A stretch of DNA of 64,000 nt, from positions 68,886-132,885 of the forward strand of contig CAZPCB010000002.1 of NCBI GenBank assembly GCA_964585065.1, written 5' to 3'. Position numbers and translations under genes: made by a program. The stretch comes from an uncultured Candidatus Saccharibacteria bacterium (GTDB lineage: Bacteria; Patescibacteriota; Minisyncoccia; SW-4-49-11). Position 1 is the first letter of the stretch. The number at the start of each line of letters is the position of its first letter. The notes under the pieces are model-generated. The model ran no database searches. It saw nothing but the letters and a program-made list of their open reading frames with translations, and was not told where the DNA came from. Shown here piece by piece: positions 26,289 to 36,459 of the stretch.

Positions 26289-27380
26289 ATGGCAAAAGAT
26301 TATTATGAAATTTTAGGAGTGTCTAAGGATGCTAGTGATTCTGATATCAAAAAGGCATATCGCAAATTAGCACATACCTATCATCCAGATAAAAAGGGTG
26401 GAGATGAGGCTAAATTTAAAGAAGTAAATGAGGCGTATCAAACATTAAGCGACCCTCAAAAGCGTCAACAATATAATCAATTTGGCTCCAATTATCAGCA
26501 AGCTGGTGGAGCAGGTGGTTTTGGAGGATATGGTAATGCTCAGGGATTTTCTTTTGAGGATTTATTTGGACAATCTGGATTTTCTTTTGGTGGTGGCTTT
26601 GAAGATGTCTTCTCAGATGTATTTGGTGGAAATGGACGTGGTCGATCACAAGGGCAAGCCAAGGGACGCGATATACAATTAGAAGTAGAAATTAGCTTAG
26701 AAGAGGCTTATAGTGGTATTTCTAAATCAGTGGAATTAGATTTGAATATAGCTTGTGATTCTTGTGAGGGAACAGGAGCTCAGAATAAAAAGATGAAACA
26801 ATGTCCTGAATGTAAGGGGCAAGGTTTTGTTGAGAGACAAGTTCGGACTATGCTTGGAAATTTTGCTCAAAGAGAAACTTGTAGTACTTGTCAGGGTAGA
26901 GGTGAAATTCCAGAATCTATTTGTAAAAGCTGTCAGGGAAAAGGTGTCAAGAGACAAAAGAAATCTATTGAAATTGCAGTGCCAGAAGGAATATCCGATG
27001 GTCAAACTTTAGAAATGCGAGGAGCTGGAGAAGCGGCTGCTAGGGGTAAGGCTGGAAATATTTATATTCATATTCGAGTAAAAAAGCATAAGCAATTCGA
27101 AAGGCGTGGAGATGATATTTATTTAACCCAAGATATTATATATACCACAGCGGCATTAGGTGGAGATGTAGATATTGATACTTTAGCAGGAGCATTGAAT
27201 TTAAAGATTCCAAAATCTACGCAATCAGGAGAAATATTCCGCATTCGTGATAGGGGTATGCCACATTTACAGGGCCGTGGTAATGGGGATATGTTTGTAA
27301 CAGTAAGAATAACTACTCCAAAACATATATCTCGCCGAGCACAACAATTATTAAAAGATTTGCAATCTGAGGGAATATGA
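26289..27380 (+). CDS. dnaJ: Chaperone DnaJ
   Basis: J-domain YYEILGV..HPDK, G/F-rich linker, four CxxCxGxG zinc-finger repeats. Confidence 0.9.
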   Translation: MAKDYYEILGVSKDASDSDIKKAYRKLAHTYHPDKKGGDEAKFKEVNEAYQTLSDPQKRQQYNQFGSNYQQAGGAGGFGGYGNAQGFSFEDLFGQSGFSFGGGFEDVFSDVFGGNGRGRSQGQAKGRDIQLEVEISLEEAYSGISKSVELDLNIACDSCEGTGAQNKKMKQCPECKGQGFVERQVRTMLGNFAQRETCSTCQGRGEIPESICKSCQGKGVKRQKKSIEIAVPEGISDGQTLEMRGAGEAAARGKAGNIYIHIRVKKHKQFERRGDDIYLTQDIIYTTAALGGDVDIDTLAGALNLKIPKSTQSGEIFRIRDRGMPHLQGRGNGDMFVTVRITTPKHISRRAQQLLKDLQSEGI

Positions 27381-27413
27381 TATACTTAAATTAAAGTTTA
27401 AGTATATAAAAAT

Positions 27414-27935
27414 ATGGACGCATTGGAACCTCTATTTGGTAAAGTAACATTCAGCTCATTATCCGGTGACTTTGTGATTAGTATTGTATTAATTATTGGA
27501 CTTTCCATTTATATTTATCAAAAAGGAGTAAAAGATATTTTTATTTTAGCCCTTGCTCTCTATATTGGACAGGTAGTAGTATCAGTATTCCCTTGGGATA
27601 TTCCTAAAATAGGGAGTTTCCCAGGAGACGCGGTATTATTCATAGTATTATCTCTGGTGGTAAATTGGGGGTTACAAATATCTGCTCTTGGTGGTGGTTT
27701 ATCTATATCCAAGAAAAATCTAGGTCTTAATTTATTATTTGGAGTATCTGTCGCTGGACTTTTGTTGGTTAATGTATTAAGCGTCATCAAAACTCAAGAC
27801 AAATCTATTCTTAATACCATAGAACAATCATTATTTAGTAAAGAGTCATTTCAGGTATTTTGGACTATATCACCATTATTATTCCTCCCATTTCTCAAGC
27901 CTTCTGTCAAAAAATCTAGTTCAAAGAAAAAATGA
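27414..27935 (+). CDS. Hypothetical membrane protein (173 aa), overlaps nrdR start
   Basis: 4-5 TM helices, Lys-rich C-terminus. Confidence 0.4.
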   Translation: MDALEPLFGKVTFSSLSGDFVISIVLIIGLSIYIYQKGVKDIFILALALYIGQVVVSVFPWDIPKIGSFPGDAVLFIVLSLVVNWGLQISALGGGLSISKKNLGLNLLFGVSVAGLLLVNVLSVIKTQDKSILNTIEQSLFSKESFQVFWTISPLLFLPFLKPSVKKSSSKKK

Positions 27936-28384
27936 AATGTCCCCAATGTTCACACGTAGACACTCGTATTGTGGATTCCCGTATTTCTCGAGATAGTCTT
28001 ATTGTAAGGCGTCGTCGTATTTGTGAACAATGTAATTATCGCTTTACCACCGCTGAGACGAGGGAAGTTCTTGATGTTATGGTAGTTAAAAAATCAGGAA
28101 TAAAAGAGCGATATAGCAGCGAGAAATTATTAAAAGCTGTATCTATTTCACTGCATAAGCGCCCCTTTACCCAAGATAAAATACGAGATTTAATTCTCAA
28201 AATTGAAGTAGATTTATTCAAAAAAGATCCAAAAGAACTTCCAACCAAACAAATTGGAGATACCGTATTAAAACATCTTAAAGTATTCGATGAAGTAGCA
28301 TATATTCGATTTGCATCTATTTATCGAGATTTCCGTACTATTAAAGGATTTCGTCACGAAATCGATAAATTATTACAGGATTAG
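27932..28384 (+). CDS. nrdR: Transcriptional repressor NrdR
   Basis: Zinc ribbon MKCPQCSHVDTRIVDSR...RRRRICEQCNYRFTT and ATP-cone. Confidence 0.85.
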   Translation: MKCPQCSHVDTRIVDSRISRDSLIVRRRRICEQCNYRFTTAETREVLDVMVVKKSGIKERYSSEKLLKAVSISLHKRPFTQDKIRDLILKIEVDLFKKDPKELPTKQIGDTVLKHLKVFDEVAYIRFASIYRDFRTIKGFRHEIDKLLQD

Positions 28385-28391
28385 ACCCTGA

Positions 28392-29117
28392 TTACATTTG
28401 ATTATATAATTTTAAAATTGTTGAAGTATCATCATAGGCGATTAATTCCCCCTTGTGTAACAATATACATTTATTACAATGTTGTTGAATCTCATCCATA
28501 TTATGGCTTACAATAAGAGCAGTTTTACCCATTTTTTTGAGTCTTTGTAATCGATTATTTACTTTTACTTGAAAGGCAGCATCAGTAGTGGCTGGAATTT
28601 CATCAAAAAGATAAATATCAGCATTAATATTTAAAATAAGTCCAAGAATTAATCGGGTTTTCATCCCTGTGGAGAGGAATTTAATTTTTTGTGAGGTATA
28701 ATCATGGAGTTCAGAGAAATTCACGATATTATTATAGATTTTAGCTGCATCTTCACGAGGAAGGCCAACTTGAAGCGCTTTTACAAGTACCGCATCCTCG
28801 ACTCTTCCTTCTGGATGTAATATTTCATCAGGCCCAAAAAAAGGTAATACTGATCCTTCTACATTGATATTTCCTTGATCAGGACTATGTACTCCAGCCA
28901 AAAGTTTAAGGAAAGTGCTTTTTCCACTTCCATTTTTACCAATAATACCAATCCATTCCCCTTGATTAATATCAAGAGTTATATCTTTAAGCACAGGATT
29001 AATAGTATTCTTGAATGATTGAAATCCATCCATTTGGCCTCCAGAGCGGCTAGTATTCTTACTTTGAAGATTAAAATATTTGGTAACACTATCTACCTGA
29101 ATCAATTTTTTACTCAT
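28392..29117 (-). CDS. ABC transporter ATP-binding protein (TagH/Wzt/KpsT-like polymer export type)
   Basis: Walker A GIIGKNGSGKSTFLK, signature LSTGMKTRL, Walker B IYLFDE. Confidence 0.8.
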   Translation of the reverse strand: MSKKLIQVDSVTKYFNLQSKNTSRSGGQMDGFQSFKNTINPVLKDITLDINQGEWIGIIGKNGSGKSTFLKLLAGVHSPDQGNINVEGSVLPFFGPDEILHPEGRVEDAVLVKALQVGLPREDAAKIYNNIVNFSELHDYTSQKIKFLSTGMKTRLILGLILNINADIYLFDEIPATTDAAFQVKVNNRLQRLKKMGKTALIVSHNMDEIQQHCNKCILLHKGELIAYDDTSTILKLYNQM

Positions 29118-29439
29118 ATCAGTATTTTCTACAATATTATACTTAGTATAAAGAAATTTTGATAAAAAAGCAAGGTAAATATAAAGATTGAGTCTTTGAC
29201 CTAATGTAGATTGAATATGTTAATATAAGGGTATTAATTAATTAAACATATATGATACATTCCTATTGTGTTTATTTGGGTATATTTCAGGAGTAATTCG
29301 TGCTCAAGATGAAGACAATAATAATAAAATTATCAAAGCTATAAAGGAGCAAGATAATAAATAGGTTTTTATTTTAAGAGCAGTAATACCACTACTACGT
29401 ATTGGATGTATAGTAGCATTTTAAAATATAAAGATTGGT

Positions 29440-29523
29440 TGGTGCCGAGGAGAGGACTTGAACCCCCACGCTATAAGCACATGCTCCTAAGGCATGCGTG
29501 TCTACCAATTCCACCACCTCGGC
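29440..29523 (-). tRNA. tRNA-Leu (anticodon TAG), long variable arm, CCA encoded
   Basis: Reverse complement GCCGAGG-TG-GTGGAATTGGTAGAC...CATGC-CTTAGGA-GCATG...TTCAAGT...CCTCGGC-A-CCA; explains spurious ORF 29406..29669. Confidence 0.8.
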
Positions 29524-29668
29524 AATGGTATTATTCTACTATAGGTATTGACTTTTTGTCAATTATATGCTATACTTTCGTCCATCTCTCAAAGATAAGA
29601 CTAGATTTATCTATGTTTACCCTGTTTCTGATTAGAGTTTTGAGAGAAGATATTGGCTGTCCTATTTA

Positions 29669-30211
29669 ATGGATACATTATATATTGCAATGGCCTTGAT
29701 TGTTGGTGCCACAGGAGTTGTTCCTGCTAATCAACAAACTGTCATTGACAACTCGTATAACGAGTCTCAAATCTCTGTTTTACATGGAGTTAATTCAACC
29801 GAAACGGTTATTACCCCAAAACCTGCAAAGGTTAATGTAAAACAAGTAACTGTACAGACCCAAAAATCTTTCTTTGCTTCTGTTGAAGCTGAGTTAAGTA
29901 ATATTCCTGCTCAGGGTTCATGTTTCGACTATGTACCTGAGATGGCCCAAAAATATGGTGTTGATGCCGATCTTATGACTCGAATTATTCGAGCTGAGTC
30001 TGGTGGAAATGCTCTTTCTAAGAATAAAAACTCTACAGCTTCTGGTTGTGGACAGTTTATTCGAGGAACTTGGGCTGGAACTTTAAGACAAATGGGTCGC
30101 GAATGGGTAACCCCTTTCGATGCTAAGACTAATGTTGAGGCCATGGCTTTCAAAATCTCTCGTGGAGGTATTGGAGCATGGAATGCCAGCAAGTCTAAGT
30201 GGTCTAAATAA
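29669..30211 (+). CDS. Secreted transglycosylase-like domain protein (Rpf/IsaA-type lysozyme-like fold)
   Basis: N-terminal hydrophobic anchor; C-terminal RAESGGNALSKNKNSTASGCGQFIRGTWAG resembling the ESGGN..G.QF...TW motif of Rpf-type transglycosylase-like domains. Confidence 0.5.
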   Translation: MDTLYIAMALIVGATGVVPANQQTVIDNSYNESQISVLHGVNSTETVITPKPAKVNVKQVTVQTQKSFFASVEAELSNIPAQGSCFDYVPEMAQKYGVDADLMTRIIRAESGGNALSKNKNSTASGCGQFIRGTWAGTLRQMGREWVTPFDAKTNVEAMAFKISRGGIGAWNASKSKWSK

Positions 30212-30227
30212 TATTAGATCACAGTAC

Positions 30228-30254
30228 TAAAAACTCCCCGAGGGGAGTTTTTAG
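30228..30254 (+). terminator. Rho-independent terminator (AAAACTCCCCGAGGGGAGTTTTT)
   Basis: Near-perfect palindromic hairpin with T-run. Confidence 0.7.
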
Positions 30255-30438
30255 TTTATATATTTTGTCATTCCCGTAGGGAGCGACCTCTCAGTCGCCC
30301 AAAATAGACAATGGTTTTTAAGCATAGGCGACTGAAAGGTCTTTTCTACATAATGCATATTTACAACACCCAACTCTTGCAATAAGAGTAAAACCATGCT
30401 ATTATATAGGTAACTACTAAGTTTAATGCGTGCTAATT

Positions 30439-30705
30439 ATGTTAAATGCAGCCTCAAAAGAGCAAATTATTGAAAAATTCCAAAGTCATAAAGATGACAA
30501 TGGGTCTTCTTCTGTACAAATCGCTTTAATTACTGAGAGAATTGTATATTTAACTGAGCATTTAAAAGTGAATCGAAAAGATTTTCATTCACGAAGAGGA
30601 CTTATTCATCTTGTTTCTCAAAGAAAAAAACTATTATCTTATCTTAAAAAAACTGATCCTAAGGCCTTTGAGACAATTGTCAAAGAACTTGGGCTTCGAG
30701 CATAA
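30439..30705 (+). CDS. rpsO: 30S ribosomal protein S15
   Basis: LTEHLKVNRKDFHSRRGLIHLVSQRKKLLSYL; start chosen at MLNAASKE (in frame with track ORF); upstream of pnp as usual. Confidence 0.85.
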   Translation: MLNAASKEQIIEKFQSHKDDNGSSSVQIALITERIVYLTEHLKVNRKDFHSRRGLIHLVSQRKKLLSYLKKTDPKAFETIVKELGLRA

Positions 30706-30720
30706 GCTCACCCTATATCT

Positions 30721-32781
30721 ATGAGTTTTAAAACCTATCAAACACAAATAGCTGGACAAATACTAAAAGTAGAAACAGGTAAATTAGCAAATCAAGCTGA
30801 TGGTTCTGTTATGGTATCTCTTGGAGAGACAACGGTATTGGTGACCGTGGTGATGTCGCAAAAAGGAGTGAATTCTAATTATTTACCTCTTTTTGTAGAT
30901 TATCAAGAAAAATTTTATGCCAATGGTAAAATTAAAGGAAGTCGCTTTGTAAAGCGTGAGGGGCGTCCTAGTGATGAGTCTATATTAACTGGTCGTCTTG
31001 TTGACCGGGCTATAAGACCTTTTTTTGATCAATCCATTCGCAATGAAATACAAGTTATTGTAACTACATTATCTCTTGATGAGCGGAATGATCCGGATGC
31101 ATTAGCTTTATTTGGGGCATCCCTTGCTTTATCTATATCAGATATCCCTTGGAATGGTCCAGTTGCGGCTCTCAGAGTAGGGCAGCAAAATGGAGCAATC
31201 ATTGTTAATCCTTCATTTGATGAGAGAGAAGAAGGAGATTTTGATACTATTATTACCTTAAATGCTGATGAGAGATTGGTGATGATGGAATTTGGAGGAA
31301 AACAAATCCCTGAAGCCACTATATTAAAAGCTTTTGCAGTAGTAACACCTGAAATTAAGAAAATTATAGATTTCCAGAATGCTATTATTGCTGAGATTGG
31401 TAGGACTAAAAGAGAAGTTACTCTCTCAGAATCTAATACTGAGATTATAGAGGGTATTAAGTCTCTCATAAAGGGACGATTAGAGCCTGCTTTATATGGA
31501 GATACTCCTGCTACCAAGGAGGCCCATCATATTTTATTAACTGAACTAAATCAGGCTTATCCTGACCATAGAGATTTGGTAGAACATGTTCTAGATCAAG
31601 AATTGGATGCTATATTTAAGCAGAATATTATTGAGCAAGAGAAGCGTCCTGATGGAAGAGCTATTGATCAATTACGCGAATTAAGTGGAGAAACTGATAT
31701 ATTGCCTCGCGTACATGGATCTGGATTATTTAATCGTGGCACTACGCAAACTCTATCTATTTTGACTTTGGGGTCTCCTGGGGAGGCTCAAATTATTGAT
31801 GAGATGAAAGATGAGATCAAAAAACGATTTATGCATCATTATAATTTCCCTCCTTTTTCTGTGGGAGAGGTTAGGCAACTTCGTGGTCCTGGACGACGTG
31901 AAATAGGGCATGGAGCTTTAGCTGAGAAGTCTCTGGAAGGAGTATTACCTAATATAGCTGATTTTCCTTATACTATTCGTATTGTAACTGAGGTGTTAGG
32001 GTCTAATGGATCATCTTCTATGGCAAGTGTATGTTCTTCAACTTTGGCTCTATTGGCAGCAGGAGTTCCTATTATAGAACCTGTAGCGGGAATTGCTATG
32101 GGTATTGTAGAGCAAAATGGTAAATATAAAATTTTAACGGATATTCAGGGACCAGAAGATCATTTTGGTGAAATGGATTTCAAAGTAGCAGGAACACGAA
32201 ATGGAGTGAATGCTATACAAATGGATATTAAAGGGCAAGGAATGTCATTGGTTATGATAGAAGAGGCTTTGGAGAAAGCTAAAATAGCTCGATTCACTAT
32301 TCTTGACACCCTCAAAGGTGTTATTTCAGAAGCTCGTAATGAGGTTTCAGAATATGCTCCTAAAATTGAAACGTTTGTAATTAATCCAAAGAAAATTGGA
32401 GAAGTTATTGGAACAGGGGGTAAAATCATCAATGGTATTATTGATGAGACAGGAGTAAAAATTGATATAGAAGATGATGGACAGGTGTTCATTACGGGTC
32501 AGGATGCAGCTCAGGTTGTCCGAGCCAAAGAGTGGATAGAAGATTTGGTATATGAACCGCAAGAAGGAGAAGTATTTGATGGGAAAGTGGTGAAAATCAT
32601 GCCATTTGGAGCTTTTATTTCAATAAAACCAGGAATAGATGGACTTATCCACATTTCAGAATTATCTAAAGAACATGTTAATAATGTGGAAGATGTGGTA
32701 GAATTACATCAGGATATACGAGTAAAAATTAAAAAAGTAGATGCGGAGGGAAAGATAAGTCTTGTTCCCTATACTGAATAA
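30721..32781 (+). CDS. pnp: Polyribonucleotide nucleotidyltransferase (PNPase)
   Basis: Two RNase PH domains, KH and S1 C-terminus, 686 aa, rpsO-pnp synteny. Confidence 0.95.
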   Translation: MSFKTYQTQIAGQILKVETGKLANQADGSVMVSLGETTVLVTVVMSQKGVNSNYLPLFVDYQEKFYANGKIKGSRFVKREGRPSDESILTGRLVDRAIRPFFDQSIRNEIQVIVTTLSLDERNDPDALALFGASLALSISDIPWNGPVAALRVGQQNGAIIVNPSFDEREEGDFDTIITLNADERLVMMEFGGKQIPEATILKAFAVVTPEIKKIIDFQNAIIAEIGRTKREVTLSESNTEIIEGIKSLIKGRLEPALYGDTPATKEAHHILLTELNQAYPDHRDLVEHVLDQELDAIFKQNIIEQEKRPDGRAIDQLRELSGETDILPRVHGSGLFNRGTTQTLSILTLGSPGEAQIIDEMKDEIKKRFMHHYNFPPFSVGEVRQLRGPGRREIGHGALAEKSLEGVLPNIADFPYTIRIVTEVLGSNGSSSMASVCSSTLALLAAGVPIIEPVAGIAMGIVEQNGKYKILTDIQGPEDHFGEMDFKVAGTRNGVNAIQMDIKGQGMSLVMIEEALEKAKIARFTILDTLKGVISEARNEVSEYAPKIETFVINPKKIGEVIGTGGKIINGIIDETGVKIDIEDDGQVFITGQDAAQVVRAKEWIEDLVYEPQEGEVFDGKVVKIMPFGAFISIKPGIDGLIHISELSKEHVNNVEDVVELHQDIRVKIKKVDAEGKISLVPYTE

Positions 32782-32801
32782 TCACACAATAATACACAAT
32801 T

Positions 32802-33992
32802 ATGGCCGATCAAAATCAAAATACAATCCCAGGAACATTAAGAACTCTCAAAACTGATTTAGAGTTGAATAATAGTACCAATCCACAGGATAGATTACAG
32901 CAAGCAGGTAATTTTGTACAAGCAAGACCAGACCTTGAAAGTCCCGTAACGCCAGTAAACACATCTAATAAAGGAACTTTATCTACCTTAGATATTAATG
33001 ACTCAAAGCAAGATATTCCACAATCAAAACCATTAACTCCACAAGATTCAAGTTATTCTTGGAGTAATATTGATACGAGTACATCTACTACTGTGGATAT
33101 CAAAAAAGATATAGCTGCTCCTAATCTTTCAGTTACAAAGCCAGAATTAAAATCTGGATTTTCAGCTTTAGATACATCTGTAGATTTGCCATTAAGCGAT
33201 ACAGCAAAAGTTGATTCTAATCCTTCTACCATCCCCCCACTTAGTAATATCCCAGATTTTACCGGCCCAGAAGATACTGCTACTGAATCACCAAAATCAT
33301 CATCAAAAGCTATTATTACAGGAATTGTGGTTATTGTGTTATTAGGCCTTATTGGTTCAGGGATATATGTGTATACTACTCGATCAACTCCAACCACAAC
33401 TCCAACCACAACTCCAACCACAACTCCAACTCCAACAATTGCTGCTAAACCATTATTCACAGGTATTACAAAAAGTGATATAGAATTTAATGATATTGAG
33501 CCAATACGTAAAACGATCATTACAAGTCTTAATGGACAAAAAGCTCAATTTATAGAATTAAATTTGACTAAAGATAGTAAAAAAGTTTCTTTGGTTGATA
33601 TATCTACAGCTTTTGGATTGAATATCCCTTCAGCTATTACAGATAATGTAGCTGAATATTGGCTATATGGATATAATCAAGAAGGTATATATAAGTTAAC
33701 AGCTGCAATTCAATTGAAGACAGGACAAACAGCAAATACTCTTGTGGATAATTGGTCAACTGCAATACCTCGTGATTTAATGGCATTCTCACTAAGCTCA
33801 GCCTCCCGTATTGTGAATAAACCAGATATTACAAAGGTATCTATAACTAATAATTCAGGTAAAACATTTACTAATTATTATTATAATTACACCTCTCCAA
33901 CCGACTCGGCAGATGTGTCAAGTGTGGAAAACTATATTGTCATAGCCTCATCTCAGAGTTCAATGACCTATCTTTTGAATCAAATAAAATAA
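32802..33992 (+). CDS. Hypothetical surface/secreted protein with disordered N-terminus, one TM helix and a (TPTT)n linker
   Basis: TM AIITGIVVIVLLGLIGSGIYVY followed by TPTTTPTTTPTTTPTPT encoded by tandem 12-nt repeats (about 33388-33440). Confidence 0.4.
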   Translation: MADQNQNTIPGTLRTLKTDLELNNSTNPQDRLQQAGNFVQARPDLESPVTPVNTSNKGTLSTLDINDSKQDIPQSKPLTPQDSSYSWSNIDTSTSTTVDIKKDIAAPNLSVTKPELKSGFSALDTSVDLPLSDTAKVDSNPSTIPPLSNIPDFTGPEDTATESPKSSSKAIITGIVVIVLLGLIGSGIYVYTTRSTPTTTPTTTPTTTPTPTIAAKPLFTGITKSDIEFNDIEPIRKTIITSLNGQKAQFIELNLTKDSKKVSLVDISTAFGLNIPSAITDNVAEYWLYGYNQEGIYKLTAAIQLKTGQTANTLVDNWSTAIPRDLMAFSLSSASRIVNKPDITKVSITNNSGKTFTNYYYNYTSPTDSADVSSVENYIVIASSQSSMTYLLNQIK

Positions 33993-34392
33993 ATTGTGGA
34001 TAAGTCCTCTAGTCTGTATATAATTAAACTGATAGAATACAAGAGTGAGGTATAGAGTAATCATACAATCACAAGTATTGGTACATATTGGTCCTTAGTT
34101 ATATATATACTTGTGATTGAATTCTTGCTCTAATCTTTACAATCATAAACAAAAACTCAAATAAAAAATCGTTTAAGTAATATAAAAACAAAGTCCTAAA
34201 AAATATGCACCTTTGGCAAAAATAAAAAGGCGTTAGCCAAAGATTAGAAAAGAATATCTATTTTCTGGCAATCTCTATATATACCGCGAGGTTGTCAGAA
34301 ATAGAGCAAAATAAAATACTCTTACCCCCCTTTACACCAACAGAGTTAAGAAGGAGAGGGAAGAGTATTTTGTTTTTAATTTTAATACCTTT

Positions 34393-34420
34393 TTGTGAAA
34401 ATATTCTGATATGCTATAAT
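34393..34420 (+). promoter_or_regulatory. Sigma70-like promoter TTGTGA-16-TGcTATAAT (extended -10)
   Basis: Consensus -10 with TGn, 31 nt upstream of pilin gene start. Confidence 0.4.
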
Positions 34421-34451
34421 AGGAATAAGAAAAAAGTAAAAAACAACTCTT

Positions 34452-35771
34452 ATGAGAGGAGAAAAACAAAAAGGTTTTACATTATTAGAGGTACTTCTGG
34501 TAATAGCTGTAATAGGGATATTGGCAGCAATAGTATTGATAGCCATAAATCCAAATAAACAATTAGCCCAAGCAAGGAATGCAGAGAGAAGATCAGAAGT
34601 AAATACGCTATATAAAGCATTAGAACAATATCTAATAGATAATCAAGGATATCCAGTAGGAATAACAGAGACAGAGCAAGACATATGTATAAATAATAAT
34701 ACGACAGGATGTGTAAATCTAGGAGTATTGGTACCAGATTATGTAGCAGGTATACCAAAAGATCCAAGTGGAATAAGTTATAAGATAGGAATAGTAGATA
34801 GTAGGGTAAGAGTAAGAGCATCAGAAGCAGAATTAGGATCAACAATAGCAATAAGTGGAAGTGGGGGGAATATTGTAGCCTCGATAGCATTTGATTTAAA
34901 CATATCTCCAGCTATTTCAGGAAAAACTCAATGGAATTTCTTTTCAGATGGATCTCTAAATTTTTCTACACATGGTGAATGGACTATTATCCCATTGAGA
35001 GATATTACTGTTAACACTAAAATTTGGGGTGCAGGAGGAGCAAGTGGAGCAGTGTGGACTACGTCAAATTCTCTTACTGAAATCAGTCGTATGGGGAGCG
35101 GTGGTTCTGGAGGGTACAGTACAGGCTCTATTATACTGACAACTGGAAATACGTATATAATCCAAGTTGGTGAAGGAGGTAGTCGTCGCAATGGTATTGA
35201 TAGTAATGGTGGTGCAACATATCGTGCGGGGGGGTCCAATTCAAATATTGGAGGAGCTCAAGGTGGTGGATACTCGGGTATATTTATAACTAGTGTCATA
35301 CAGTCAAATGCTGTTATTATGGCTGGTGGAGGTGGTGCAGGATATGATCAAGATGGTGGGTGGTGTCCTTCTTCTGGTTCATCAGGAGCAGGTGGTGGTA
35401 ATGATGCTCAGAATGGGTTCAGTGCAGGTTTTCAGGGGGGGGGAGGTGCTACACAAATTGCTGGTGGTGGACCAGCAGCCTTTAATAATACAACAGCTGG
35501 GTCTGCTCTCAGAGGAGGGCTTGCAGGTAATGCGCATTTTCATTCCGGAGGAGGGGGTGGTGGGTATTTTGGAGGCGGCGGAGGTAATATCTGTGGAGGC
35601 GGTGGGGGATCTGGTTTTATCAATCCTGCTTTTGTGATCAATGGGTCAACACAGACTGGTAATGGATCAACTCCAGCTAACTCTAGTGATCCTATGAGAT
35701 TAGATTCGGGACAAGGTAGTGATAGTACTAGTAAGGCCACGGATGGGCGTATTATATTAATGCCTATTTAA
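34452..35771 (+). CDS. Type IV pilin-like protein (prepilin leader MRGEKQKG/FTLLEV) with large Gly-rich C-terminal domain
   Basis: Class III signal peptide G|FTLLEVLLVIAVIGILAAIVLIAINP; C-terminal runs GGGGGGYFGGGGGNICGGGGGSGF. Confidence 0.65.
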   Translation: MRGEKQKGFTLLEVLLVIAVIGILAAIVLIAINPNKQLAQARNAERRSEVNTLYKALEQYLIDNQGYPVGITETEQDICINNNTTGCVNLGVLVPDYVAGIPKDPSGISYKIGIVDSRVRVRASEAELGSTIAISGSGGNIVASIAFDLNISPAISGKTQWNFFSDGSLNFSTHGEWTIIPLRDITVNTKIWGAGGASGAVWTTSNSLTEISRMGSGGSGGYSTGSIILTTGNTYIIQVGEGGSRRNGIDSNGGATYRAGGSNSNIGGAQGGGYSGIFITSVIQSNAVIMAGGGGAGYDQDGGWCPSSGSSGAGGGNDAQNGFSAGFQGGGGATQIAGGGPAAFNNTTAGSALRGGLAGNAHFHSGGGGGGYFGGGGGNICGGGGGSGFINPAFVINGSTQTGNGSTPANSSDPMRLDSGQGSDSTSKATDGRIILMPI

Positions 35772-36017
35772 TCAAACTATAATCTTTTAACGAGGTTTTA
35801 ATTGATTTATAATATATGGCTATAACAAAGAAGTTGTAGATATAATTAGTTAGATTTCGAAAAAATCAATTAAATTATATTAACTGTACTTAATGCTATT
35901 CTTTCTTCATAGCTTATTGAATATTTATCTGTTCGTCCACATACTTCTCTTAACTATCTTACTTCTTTTCAATTCCTTGATTTAATATCTACGATCTCCC
36001 CCATCTCATACATAATA

Positions 36018-36046
36018 TTGACAAGATATTAAAACTGTCCTATACT
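36018..36046 (+). promoter_or_regulatory. Sigma70-like promoter TTGACA-17-TATACT for the infA-rpmJ-rpsM-rpsK-rpsD-rpoA-rplQ operon
   Basis: Perfect -35, near-perfect -10, 17-nt spacer, about 40 nt upstream of infA ORF. Confidence 0.45.
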
Positions 36047-36082
36047 AGTGAATAGATTATTGATAGTGAGTTATTACAACCT

Positions 36083-36316
36083 ATGCTCGAAAGCCAGGAT
36101 TTGAACGAAAAAAACCTTCTTATACAAGAAGGCATTGTAAGTGAGGTATTGCCAAATACAACCTTTCGTGTTATACTGGAAAACAATTCGGAGATATTGG
36201 CTCATCTTTCGGGGAAAATGCGTATGCATTATATCAAAGTATTGCCAGGAGATAAGGTTACTGTAGAACTGAGTGCCTATAATCTCACACAAGGAAGAAT
36301 TACTAGAAGGAATTAG
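36083..36316 (+). CDS. infA: Translation initiation factor IF-1 (true start possibly the in-frame TTG at 36101 giving [13 protein letters not shown])
   Basis: S1-like fold [15 protein letters not shown]...[26 protein letters not shown]. Confidence 0.85.
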   Translation: MLESQDLNEKNLLIQEGIVSEVLPNTTFRVILENNSEILAHLSGKMRMHYIKVLPGDKVTVELSAYNLTQGRITRRN

Positions 36317-36324
36317 GATATCAT

Positions 36325-36441
36325 ATGAAAGTTCAGGCTTCAGTCAAAAAACGATGTATCAAATGTAAAGTCATCAAGCGAAAGCGAGTGATTCGTGTTA
36401 TTTGCGAAGCAAATCCACGACATAAGCAACGTCAAGGATAA
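36325..36441 (+). CDS. rpmJ: 50S ribosomal protein L36 (38 aa)
   Basis: Own translation [38 protein letters not shown]; zinc-ribbon Cys pattern; below ORF-track size cutoff. Confidence 0.85.
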   Translation: MKVQASVKKRCIKCKVIKRKRVIRVICEANPRHKQRQG

Positions 36442-36459
36442 TATAAGATAGAGTAAATT

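Noticed and set aside
29406-29669. 87-aa plus-strand ORF in the ORF track
   Set aside because: It overlaps the minus-strand tRNA-Leu(TAG) at 29440-29523; the ORF is a shadow of the tRNA gene.
30255-30430. Possible autoregulatory rpsO leader structure (GCGAC..GTCGC hairpins)
   Set aside because: Only short stems visible, no pseudoknot I can verify by eye; left uncalled.
36083-36100. Extended N-terminus [11 protein letters not shown] of IF-1
   Set aside because: IF-1 normally starts just before the S1-like domain; in-frame TTG at 36101 gives a canonical-length protein, so the ATG extension is probably not translated (kept the track coordinates but noted).
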